Source of the DNA: Macrostomum hystrix
Lineage: Eukaryota; Animalia; Platyhelminthes
Assembly: GCA_950097015.1 (NCBI GenBank)
Contig: CATNEN010000024.1
Span: 5,022,001 to 5,086,000, forward strand
Length of the DNA: 64,000 bases
Direction: 5' to 3'
In this document: positions 11,669 to 23,000 of the stretch, in pieces
How positions within the stretch are numbered: position 1 is the stretch's first letter
Layout: every line of letters starts with the position of its first letter
Translations under genes and position numbers: made by a program
Notes under the pieces: model-generated
Database searches by the model: none
What the model saw: the letters and a program-made list of their open reading frames with translations, nothing else
Told to the model about the DNA's origin: nothing

Positions 11669-13139
11669 TAGATGGGACTGCAAATTTTACTTGTAATTAG
11701 CCAGCTATTTAAATCTATGAATTCTTTCATGTATTAAAATGGTTTACTTTATTTATATATATTTATACAACTTATTATCATTACACTTCATTGTTCTGTG
11801 GCAGTGTCCTGCTAATAATTAGAGTAATTACAATTTGCTTTTTTAGCATATATTGCATTATACTACTTTACTCAAAAAGTTAAATACTCAAAAAATTAAT
11901 TAGTTTAAATAAACATAGGTTTTAACTGGCAAGTGGATCCAAATTGTGAAAAAATGTAAAAACATTACAGCTGAGCCATATGACAAACTAGGCACAAACT
12001 GAGACAAGACTTGCTTTGTTCAATATAGAATGCATAGAAAAAACATGACCTGCTACTTGTTAGATATGTATCTGGAGGAATTTCCAAGATATTTGTGTCA
12101 CAAGATTGTATTTTTCACATTTATTATGCATTGTAGCTCAGAATTATACCATTTAAGCTTGACAAAAAAATAAATTCTACAACTCTAAGTTTATGGCCGC
12201 TTTCTGAGTGAATTTGCTACTTTTTAACTTAGAATGTAATCCTCAAGTATCAAATATATGGCTAGGCCTAAGACAAGCTAGTTTAGATGAAAAAGTTCTT
12301 TTTTTAACTAAGCTTTAGCATTAAATTGAAAGCTAAATAGGCAAAATAGCTAGCAAAAGCTTGTTATTTAGATAAAAAGCTACATTTGTGATAGTAAGCC
12401 TATGGGTCTATGTAAACACCAAAACAGAGTGTAATAAGACCACAACAGACCAAAATGGGACCATAATGGAACACAATAGACTAGAGTGGGACAAAGGCAA
12501 TTGTTTTTTAATATGGCTTTACAAGCTCTGTTGATTTTTAGATATTATTTATTTTATTTGAACTTTATTTAAAAGAACTTAAAAAATTATGCAATTTTGG
12601 AAAATAAATTGTTGCACACAAAAATATTAGCTTGCAGTAGCTTTTAATCAAATAACTTTTTTGTTAGTTTTTCTTTAATTTTTATTAGACATACTTTAGA
12701 ATGGGGTAAAAGTCAATGGTAGTTATTAGACACATGTAATTTGATAATCTCAGTGGAAAGATTATTTTTTTATTTTTGTTATTATAACAATAAATGAAAA
12801 TGTGCATAAAATCTGAACTTGCACATATTTTATCATAATGCAATTATAAAATTATAAAATGGCATGACAACTTTGCAAAAAATCACAATTATGATATCAG
12901 AATAGGCCTATCAACCAGACATCAACAGCTCTTAAATGACTTGAAGCGGCATAAATTTACTTTCATTTGCGAATTTTTTTTCTTCTTTTAAAATGTTAAA
13001 CAAACGAAGTGGACAACCTCAACTGGTAACACAACTGGTAGGAAATTTTTTAAATAAAACCTTGCATTGCTCAGTTCAGTACAATGCAGTCCTGACTGTC
13101 TCAGATTCCTATACTGGGTAATAATGACAAATCCAGTAG

Positions 13140-14460
13140 GCCTACAGAATGCTGCCAAAAGCCTTGGCAGGCCCCAGTTGAAGGCGCTGCCATAGATACT
13201 CTTGGATGTGTGATTCAAATTGGATGCATTGCTAGTGCCATGCATGTCCTGGAATTTCGCTGCCACGTAGGACGTAATGCTGGATTATGGGCAGCAGTAC
13301 AGCAGCAGACCTGTCCGGTACGACCACCATGACGCACTTGGGCGAGCCTCGTTCCACCATTCTGAGCACCCAGTGACTGTCACGGTAGGCTCCCTGGTGA
13401 TACTTGCAGTGGAAGAACTGACTTTCGTCGATCTTGACCACATGACCAGGGCCACCCAGCTGCATTGGGTGATCCACAAAGTACTAGCAACAGATGTTGC
13501 GAACAAAGTTAAGCCAGTCAACGGCGGTGCGGCTACTGATGTGACACTTGTGCATGAGGTTGACATGGACTCGTTTTTGGCCCAGCATTGCAACAGGGTG
13601 ATCAGCTGCTGTAGGTCCAGCTGCGGCAGTTTCAGTGCCATCCACTTGGCTCCGGAAGGTCCTTCTAAACCAGACCCAGATGGACATCTGGGCCCTCACC
13701 ATGACCCTCACGGGCCATGGCTGCTACGCCAGACACTGTTTCCTCCGTGGAGACCTCCGGAGTGAGCTGTGCCCATTCTGCAACCTTGAGAATGAGGATG
13801 CCCTGCACTTTGTCTGTCACTGCCCTTTCTTCACCAGAGAGAGGCTTAATTACCTCGGACCAAACCCATCCATGGACAATGTTTGCAGATCCAAGAACAT
13901 CCCGCGGCTCGTCCGGTTCCTAAGGGCTACCAGACAAGCCTCTTTCTTCCCCAGCGAGGAACAAGCTGCAGGAAGGACCAAACATGGACCTCCCTGACTG
14001 GCCCCGTGCCATTGGCCAACTGCTGGTCTTTCAGGGATTAGCGGAATGGGGGACTCCTGCCTCCCCGCTGTGTCCATCGGACCACCCTGCAGATAAGTCA
14101 AGTTAAGTCAAGTAGGTTCAGATGGCAGGCCTCAAAAAAGGAGCCCTTGCATATGCTCTCCTGGTGTTGACAGGTTTTACAGTCCCAGGCATAGCCATCA
14201 ATGAATCACTCTCCATTGCGGTGCTGCAGATTCATCGGTGTATGCGCAGCACATGGGCATGTCCGTTGGTTGGCCAATAGTCCATGACGAGCAAGCCACC
14301 ACATAGTCTCGCCAGTACTTGCCGTCACTGCCATCAGATCCCTTGAATTCATATTTAGTTCCATCAGTGCCTGTGCTGGCAGAACTTCATTCAGTGGTAC
14401 AATCCACGATGGTCTTGGCGGCCATCCAGCCATTTGCAAATCAGAAGAGTCTTGAAAATC
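13140..14460 (-). mobile_element. Decayed Merlin (IS1016/ISXO2-like DDE) DNA transposon
   Basis: Fragments in order: WLARHGLLANQRTCPC, DGYAWDCKTC..SICKGSFFEACHL, LQQLITLLQCWAKN, ISSRTAVDWLNFVRNIC, LGGPGHVVKIDESQF..KYHQG..WVLRMVERGSPKCVMVVVPDRSAAVLLPIIQ, FESHIQEYLWQR. Stops, frameshifts and an internal deletion. TIRs not found. Confidence 0.85.
13621..14111 (+). mobile_element. 5'-truncated non-LTR retrotransposon 3' end (I/Loa/R1-type CCHC C-terminus) nested in Merlin
   Basis: LTGHGCYARHCFLRGDLRSELCPFCNLENEDALHFVCHCP..RERLNYLG motif. (AAGTC/AAGTT)n tail at 14095-14112. 10-bp TSD with one mismatch: gtaggtccag (13611-13620) and gtaggttcag (14112-14121). Confidence 0.8.
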
Positions 14461-15618
14461 CAAAATATAGTGAGGGCTCATTAAAAATCAGCCAAATTTT
14501 TGCACCCAAAACAACTCTATGCAGCTACTATAGGCCATAGACAACTCCCATTTGTCATTCCGCATCATTGGCACCATTTAAAAAAAAGAAAATAATTTTG
14601 TGAACGAAAGTAAATTTACGCCCTCAAAGCCATATAAAATAAAATACCTTGTTCCCACTGAAGTACTTGTCTGCTGCAGTCTATTGCAGTCTGTTGCAGT
14701 CCATTTTAGTGTTTAGATTGACCAATAAGCCTATGCTATAAGTAGGCCTAACTATATATTAGATATTTATTTTAGATTTCATAGGCCCTATACATTTCAA
14801 ACAAACCAAACCAAACCAAAATTGTTAATCCTATTTTATTTGTTTGGAAGATCTTCTGTTCATTCGACAATTTTCCTTAGCTATTTAGTTTCCAGTTAGG
14901 CAGAAATAAGGAACAAATGAAAAAGACAGAATACAGAAGAAAAAATTAAGAGTAGGCCCTAAGAAAGAAGAATTTAAACTAGCTAAACCACCTATTTGGC
15001 CTAAAACCATTTAGGCCTAGGGCCTAATATAGGTGGTCCAGAAATATAAGAATAGGCTAGGAATATAAATAGGGGCCTAGCCCTAGCTAGACATTAAACC
15101 CTAACTTACTAACTAGACTTAGGCTATGGTTTGACAAAGCCAAAGGGCCAATGCTATGCCTATAGCTAGGCTATAACGTAGTCATAGACTATACAAGTAC
15201 TGACAATGATAGGACCACCTAGCTGGTTAAGCAGTTCATTAGGCTTTGTAGGTCTATACTATAAGCTAGGCCCAGGTTAATTATGAATTACAAATAGGCC
15301 TAGGCCTAGGATAAGAAAAATATAATTATAGGCTAGCTAGGCAGCCTAGTCTTGGCCTAGACCTAGCTAGGCCCTAGCCTAGCCCTAAGAATAAATATTT
15401 TATTAGGCCTAGGGATTAGACTAAGGTAAACTATTTTATAGGCCATAGCCAACTAGGCCTAGCTATTGCCAATTGACTAGGCCCCTAGGTCTAGTCATAT
15501 TATTAGGCATAGGCCTAGAGGATTGTCAAACTAAGTTTTGCAGAGTTACTAGGCCTATAGCCGACAAGATGCTTTTATAATTTATGGCACCTAGTAAAGG
15601 CCTACCTATAATATATTT

Positions 15619-16315
15619 TATGGAAGTGCTTATTCCCACGGTCCCGTGCCGATAATTTTAATTTTATCCACACGGATCCGTGCCGATAATTTTCTGCTTA
15701 TCCACACGGCAGCTTATATGAATGGTTTCCGCGCATTTCGGTGCCTGTGCTTTTCGGTGCCGAGCGTTTCGGTGCCCGGTCTTGCTTTTCGTTCCCCATC
15801 CAATTTTGCATTGTCAGTCAGTAAAGCGCTTTATTACTGATGATAAACAATACTTAAATACAAATTGTGGCTAATATGCCTGTCCTTGCGCGTTTATTAT
15901 CCTTTGTTTTTTTCTACCGTTTGAAAGCTTACGTTTCTGAGAAACACTGCTAAAATGTAATTTGCTCCATTGCCTTTTGAATGTACACAACGCAAAGTCG
16001 ACAAATCGACAATCTGACATTAATGTTGGTTAATGAATGTGTAGGTCGAAATGTAGAACACAGTCGTAACACACTGGCAACTTTGTCGATCTATTGGCTC
16101 GAGGGTTCAACAAAACGTTCAAACCCGAAAGGGCTTTGTTTCAAAAAAACAGAACCGTGTGGATAAAATTGAAATTAACGGCACGGCATATATAAAGAGT
16201 TGTAGACCTATTCATACAAGCTGCCGTGTGGATAAGCAGAAAATTATCGGCACGGATCCGTGTGGATAAAATTAAAATTATCGGCACGGGACCGTGGGAA
16301 TAAGCTCTGCCATAT
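15619..16315. mobile_element. Non-autonomous DNA transposon (MITE) with about 100-bp terminal inverted repeats
   Basis: gcttattcccacggtcccgtgccgataatttt...ggcagctt at 15629-15716 is inverted at 16220-16305. Internal subrepeats CCGTGCCGATAATTTT and TATCCACACGG. No coding capacity. Confidence 0.85.
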
Positions 16316-17960
16316 TTTATAGCTAAGTCCCAACCAAGGAAGGGTCACTCACTCTATAGGCCTAAACTTAGCAAAATTCTCTGGCTGGCTCAGGCTCAAC
16401 TCGTAAAAGTCTAAGTTTAACTTCTTGCAAAGTTGCAATAGGCACTTTGCCCATTCCTCTGTACACATGCACACAGACACATATACCATACACACACACT
16501 TGCAAGTTGTAAGGATCTTACAATTTAGTCGGTTCCATATGAATCACAAATATTTTGTTTAGATCGCAAATGTTCCAACTTACTTACAAAGGTGTAGCTG
16601 TAGGCCTACCTACCTGTACCTAATAGCTAATATATATGGACCTTTAAGTTTTGAAATAATTTCAAAATATGCAAGCAGATTCCAACTCGGATTCGAGAAC
16701 TCCAAAATGAAAGAGTATTATAAAATAAGATTATAGGCCTAAGGCTAAAAACTTGTTAGATTTCAAACTGAAAATATGCATTTGTGTTGATCGTAGAATA
16801 CAGACCTATAGTCTATTAACAATGGATTTTTGTTTTCGTTGAAACATTTAATCCTAACCAGTCGAAATTTGTCAGATCGGATATGTACTATATCGGAGGG
16901 CAATTTCTATTTCAGCTAATATATAATAAACGACGCCAGTGCTTGAACCGATCGAACTTCTGTCTATGATCCTGACTGTTAAGGCGATATGCGAGTATTG
17001 AGAAAGTACGAATATAAGAGTATTGCATGGTATTCCGATTCAATATACCCTCCTACTTCTTCTCGTACGTATAGAAATCACACAACTGAAGCTCAGTAGT
17101 GTATGTTCTGTGGAAGAAACTGTAGGCCTACTTGGCAAGGTAGATATAGATAGAGCAATATCTAATACAAATTTAAGCAGCCATAGACTGTTCTGACCGA
17201 TGCCGCTGCTTAAGCAGCCATAGACTGTTCTGACTGTAATACAAATATAACATATAGAGCGAATGTAAAATTGATAGACAGAAAAGGTCCATTTCAATGC
17301 TGAGCTGGCTGGGCCATGGATATCAATTGCGCGAATCCCCATATTCAATAATCTTGTTTTCAGTTTTACAGGAATCAGGAATCTCAATATTGTTCCTACA
17401 CAGCTATATACCGGAGATAACGTGAACTGCAGATTTACGACGCCAAAGCGCCCGATACTGCCAGACGGGGTGGAACTATAAAGTGTTCGCTCGCTCTCAC
17501 CGTCTGACGCTCCTCTTTTTTCGATTGGGGCTTGAACTATAGGCCTAGGCTGTTGCACTATTGTTTTTAATAGTAGATTTCTTGTTAGACGAATAGACAA
17601 GTAGACGAATAAACCATAATGAAGCCTGGCTTCATAAAAGCGTTGTAAAATTAGCTTGTTGTTAAATTGAAAAAGTAGTTCAAACTGCTCAATTGCTACA
17701 TGTCAGTCAAGGTGCAGATATCCATGGAATTAACCGTGCATAGTTGAATAGTTGAAGGAAAGTGGATTTCTTTTTGTTAGCTATTAATGCATTACACTCC
17801 AGATGGACTACCTACTTTGCATTGCCCGAAACACCAGTCAAGTACGAGAATAATACATGAGATAATTTGAGATCTACCGGATTTACTCGAGCTGATACGA
17901 ATTCCCATAGCTATTGGTCTGCGAATCTGTTATAGGAACATAATTTACAATAGGAGTTAT

Positions 17961-18250
17961 AGCCTATCGGTAAGTGGCGGACTCACGACTTGAAGGTCGT
18001 GGGTTCGATTCTTAACACAACTGGAGCAATTCGTGGCCTATAGCAAGAAACTTTACTCTGCACTGCTTGAGTTCACCCAGTTGTTAAATGGGAATCTGAA
18101 TTCGCTGGGGTAATTGACGGTGGGTGTGGCTTCCCAGGACTGAACAGCCGTACGCAGCCTTCAGATGCGACGCGCAATAGCTGCGGCTGTGCTGTCGGCT
18201 GCACATCTGCCCAAACTAGGGCAGGTGTTGTTAATTATTATGTATTATTA
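17961..18250 (+). mobile_element. tRNA-derived SINE with CORE-like domain (diverged copy)
   Basis: tRNA-like head with B-box GGTTCGATTC, the body shared with other copies, and a (TTA)n-like tail. Confidence 0.85.
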
Positions 18251-20095
18251 GTATGACTAGAACTAACTTCGAGCTTAAATTAAAAATGTTTATAAAAAAA
18301 TAATTCAAGTAGAAAAGAGAAGCGACGGTTTTTATGCTATGATATATAAGACACCAAGCATCGAGGTTTACGATTCGGTTTGATAGTAGTTTTACTGCAA
18401 ATAATATATAGGTATATAATATGTATTTAACAATAAAAAAGAAATTTCACAGTAACAAATATTTCATGAACGTAGTCTAGGGAGGGGCAGCAATATCTTA
18501 ATTTATTATATTAAAGAAAAGCAAAATTTTGTTGTCGATTAGCAAAATGAAAGAACGCAAAAGGTAAGAGTTGGGACGAGGACAAATGTAAAGCCGGACA
18601 GGCCAGCTGAGTGCTGTTATTATAACAAAAACCCGAATAATTCAATTCCTAATCGATTGGCAAATCGTGGCGCACGCATTCTGTTTTAATCAGTGGTCTT
18701 GTTAGCCGATAAGGGGCGGCTGAGAGTCTAGGGATCTGAAAGCGGATCAAAGGAACGAGGAGGAATAAACAGCATTTGAACGCGCGACCACAGCAGTGTC
18801 GGGAAGGCACAAATAAAATATTAGAAGTTTTATTGTAGTGTCAGTTTTTTTATAAATAAAATAAAAGACAAAGCATCAGTTATTAAACACATACGAACAA
18901 GCATAAAGAAAGAAAGGGATGGCATGGGTTCAGCTCTAGTCTGGTATTAGCGTCATACAATAACAGTATTAGAATACAACAGTACGGGTCATCAAGTACA
19001 TGCAAGCAGTAGCGATAGAAACTGGTCTGCGTTTATTAAACTCAAGAAAATGTTGAACCAAATTAGATTTAGATAAAGTGTACCAACGTAAGTGCGTACC
19101 AATACGCGATAATTGCAATACCTATATTAGACGATTTTTTGCTTATAGAAAAAAAGCTTGTTGTACCAGACTCGCGTTACTTTTTCCAGCTTTACCGCTG
19201 CTTTTGATTGTAATTATTTTCTAAATTTATTGAATAGTTAAACCATAGTTGAGTTACTTTTCATTAAAATTTTATTCGTGCCAAATTAAACTTCTGCGAC
19301 TTCTGCGTGTCAACTATTCTAGCTATTCTATTTCATGAGCTTAAAAACCATTAACAAAGAACTTACCACACGTGACTACTTAGGCAACATAAATTAGATT
19401 AAATACAATGAGTTCCGCGTGGCCTGACGAATAACAGAAATACGAGAGGGGGAACACAGGCACAGACAAAACGCGTACAAAAAACTGACACTAAATTACA
19501 AAAATTCTTGCTTTAATAGAGAAAACAACTACAGGCGGTGATTAGATGATGACTTGAGATCTGTAAGCCGGCATATAACAAACAGTGAAGACGGAAAACA
19601 AGAGAAGACCGATGCAAAATTGGTTTTCTAATCCCAGACGAAGAGAGCACATAGGGGTCACACAGAGGCTACAACAGACCGTATCAAACAGCTGATTGCG
19701 CTTGGATTTTCATCACTTTCCAATCGACATAAATTGAGAAGCTACAAAAAGTGCAATATAAAGCAATCGGGATAAAAGCGAATTAACTGCAAATATATAA
19801 ATAGGCTTTCAATGAATAGTTTTAAACTAATTCAGGGCTGATCAAAAGAGAGCAGGAAATCTCGGTTGAATAATACAGGAATCCCCAAAAAACTTTATAA
19901 AGACAGTTAAGACAATTTTAGAACATTAATTAATTATAACAGAAGCGGACACACGCCAATGCCAATGAGCGGAATTAGGCGAGTCGGTGCTCGAAAAAAA
20001 GATTAACAGGCTGAAGGTGTGAGCAGTTAACACAGTAGCGCAGCCCGGCCTTTACCTTATCTGCAGAACTGACGGTGAGAGAAATAACTGGCGGG

Positions 20096-23000
20096 CTAAT
20101 CGACATCGGCGTCGTCATCCTCGCCACCAACTGGCGGAGCATGATTGGCTGCGATCGACTTGCGGCCTCCGCCGACCCGGCTTGACCGGTCTGGACCATG
20201 GCTGTCGTCGGGGTCTCCGCCGTCGCCTCCGCCGCCATCGCCGCCGGATTCGGACGCATTGTCATCGTCTTCGGCTAGGAAATCCCAAACTAGGATTGTA
20301 TCGTCGTGAGACGAGGAAACAATTTGGAATTCGTCGAATTGCAGACGAAATACTCGGCCAGTGTGCTCAACTAGGGTGCCGACGCACATGGCCTGCGGCG
20401 ACGACCGAGGATCCAGGGCGGCTGGCAGGTCCCACACCTTAATTTTGCCATCGTAGGCGCCGGAAACGATGCGCTTACCGTCGAATCGAATGCAACGGAC
20501 CAGCTCCTCGTGGCCTGACGGAAACAGCGGGAATGCGGAGTCCTGACTGACAACTGAAAACCTACTCGTACTAGCCCTTAGCAACCAGTGTTTTCTTTTC
20601 ACCATGGTAACCACTAAGCAACCAGTGTGTTCTATTCACCATGGTAACCACTAAGCAACCAGTATGTTCTATTCACCATGGTAACCACTAAGCAACCAGT
20701 ATGTTCTATTCTCCCTGGTAACCAGTTAGCAACCAGTGTGTTCTATTCTCCTTGGTAACCAGTTAGCAACCAGTGTGTTCTATTCTCCTTGGTAACCAGT
20801 TAGCAACCAGTGTGTTCTATTCTCCTTGGTAACTAGTTAGCAACCAGCGTGTTCTATTCATCTTGGTAACCAGTTAGCAACCAGTGTGTTCTATTCTCCC
20901 TGGTAACAAATTAGCAACCAGTGTGTTCTATTCTCCCTGGTAACCAGTTAGCAACCAGTGTGTCCTATTCATCTTGGTAACCAGTTAGCAACAAGCGTGT
21001 TCTATTCATCTTGGTAACAAGTTAGCAACCAGTGTGTTCTATTCTCCCTGGTAACCAGTTAGCAACCAGTGTGTTCTATTCTCCTTGGTAACCAGTTAGC
21101 AACCAGCGTGTTCTATTCATCTTGGTAACCAGTTAGCAACCAGTGTGTCCTATTCTCCTTGGTAACCAGTTAGCAACCAGTGTGTTCTATTCTCCCTGGT
21201 AACCAGTTAGCAACCAGTGTGTTCTATTCTCCTTGGTAACCAGTTAGCAACCAGCGTGTTCTATTCATCTTGGTAACCAGTTAGCAACCAGTGTGTCCTA
21301 TTCTCCTTGGTAACCAGTTAGCAACCAGTGTGTTCTATTCTCCTTGGTAACCAGTTAGCAACCAGTGTGTTCTATTCTCCTTGGTAACAAGTTAGCAACC
21401 AGTGTGTTCTATTCTCCTTGGTAACCAGTTAGCAACCAGCGTGTTCTATTCATCTTGGTAACCAGTTAGCAACCAGTGTGTCCTATTCTCCTTGGTAACC
21501 AGTTAGCAACCAGTGTGTTCTATTCTCCTTGGTAACCAGTTAACAACCAGTGTGTCCTTTTCTCCTTGGTAACCAGTTAGCAACCAGTGTGTCCTATTCT
21601 CCTTGGTAACCAGTTAGCAACCAGTTGTGTTCTATTCTCCCTGGTAACCAGTTAGCAACCAGCGTGCTCTATTCTCCTTGGCAACTCAAAAATCCACTTT
21701 AAAAGCCCAAACGCACCTTCTAATACTCTAAGACAGCTGCCGCTCTCGATGTCCCACAGCCGAATTGAATTGTCGGAGGAGCCGCTGACAACTAGTCGGT
21801 CTCTGTACTGCAGGCAGGCGATGCCGCGCTTGTGGCCGCTCAGGGTGCGCAAGAATTCGCAGCTGGTAGTGTGCCAAACTTTAATAGTTCGATCGCCCGA
21901 TGCCGAAACAATATAGCGCTGATCGAAGTCGACAACATTGACAGCGGCCCGATGGCCAACTAGTACGCGGCGCAGTGTGATGTCCTTGGGCGACACCATA
22001 TCCCAGACGGCGATAGACCTGTCCTTGGAGCACGTGACCATTAGGCCATCGGCGAAGCGAAGGTGCAGCACAGCCTCGCAGTGGTGATAAAGAGTGTTCA
22101 AGGCCTCGCCGGTGTGCACATCCCAAACTCGAACTGTGCTATCCGAGCTGCCGCTGATGATTATATTCTCGTCGTATTGTAGACAGAGTACTGAGCCAGA
22201 GTGACCAGTCAGAACCTGCGATTCGGGGCGATTTGAGACTTGACTTATGTTGAGCATAGGCCAGAGATCTTATGTCTAGCTAGCCAATTAAAGAGAAAAT
22301 CCAAGATACGACAGAGGAAATCATAGAGAGAGATAAGACGGGAGAGATAGATTAGACAAATGAGAGATGATCAGACAAGGGAGAGATGAGATGGGGAAAA
22401 GTAAGACAGACGACAGATGAGACAAAAATAGATATGAGACGATGAGATATTGGAAAGTTTCGCCAGGAGCCAACACACAGCTATGAGTTTTAGCATTAAC
22501 TGCTAGCTTTAGCATTAGCAAACAAACGATACTTAGCGCAGTAGTTAAGCTTCTAGCTCTCGCACTAATGGCCCCGTTTTACTACTTCAGGCGCAGAGTA
22601 GCTAGCTAGAGTGCCCTAAATACCCTTGCACAATGTGCGCCTGTGTACATCAGTGTCCCAGGGGTTGGGAATCAACTGTCAGCAAGAAATGATTTATCAA
22701 TTGTAATTGCTATCTCACGGACAGCTACAAATGATCATTTATCTACAAACAATGTCATTGTGTGATGATAATTGTCAATGGCTATATTTTTGTTGTCGAT
22801 GTGTTTTAGGATGGTCTAGTCTCCTCTGGCTCCTTTAAACAGTTTTCAGCTAAGAAAAAATAATAATAATTGATTACACCTGCCCCAATTAGGCCAGATG
22901 TGCAGCCAATAGCACAGCCGCAGCTATTGCGCGGCGCATCGGAAGGCTGCGTACGGCAGTTCAGTCCATGGACTGGGGGGACGCCACACCCTGCTTCAAT

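Noticed and set aside
15664-15706. Bacterial DnaA boxes (TTATCCACA) in direct and inverted copies
   Set aside because: They are part of the MITE TIR subrepeats in a eukaryotic locus; the match is coincidental.
17040-17600. 186-aa minus-strand ORF
   Set aside because: Non-ATG start, no domain, AT-rich composition and no splice context.
20096-20280. Acidic Gly/Asp tail of beta-TrCP as an auto-inhibitory DSGxxS degron mimic
   Set aside because: ESGGDG and DGGGGD do not fit DSGxxS or DDGxxD; a low-complexity tail is the simpler reading.
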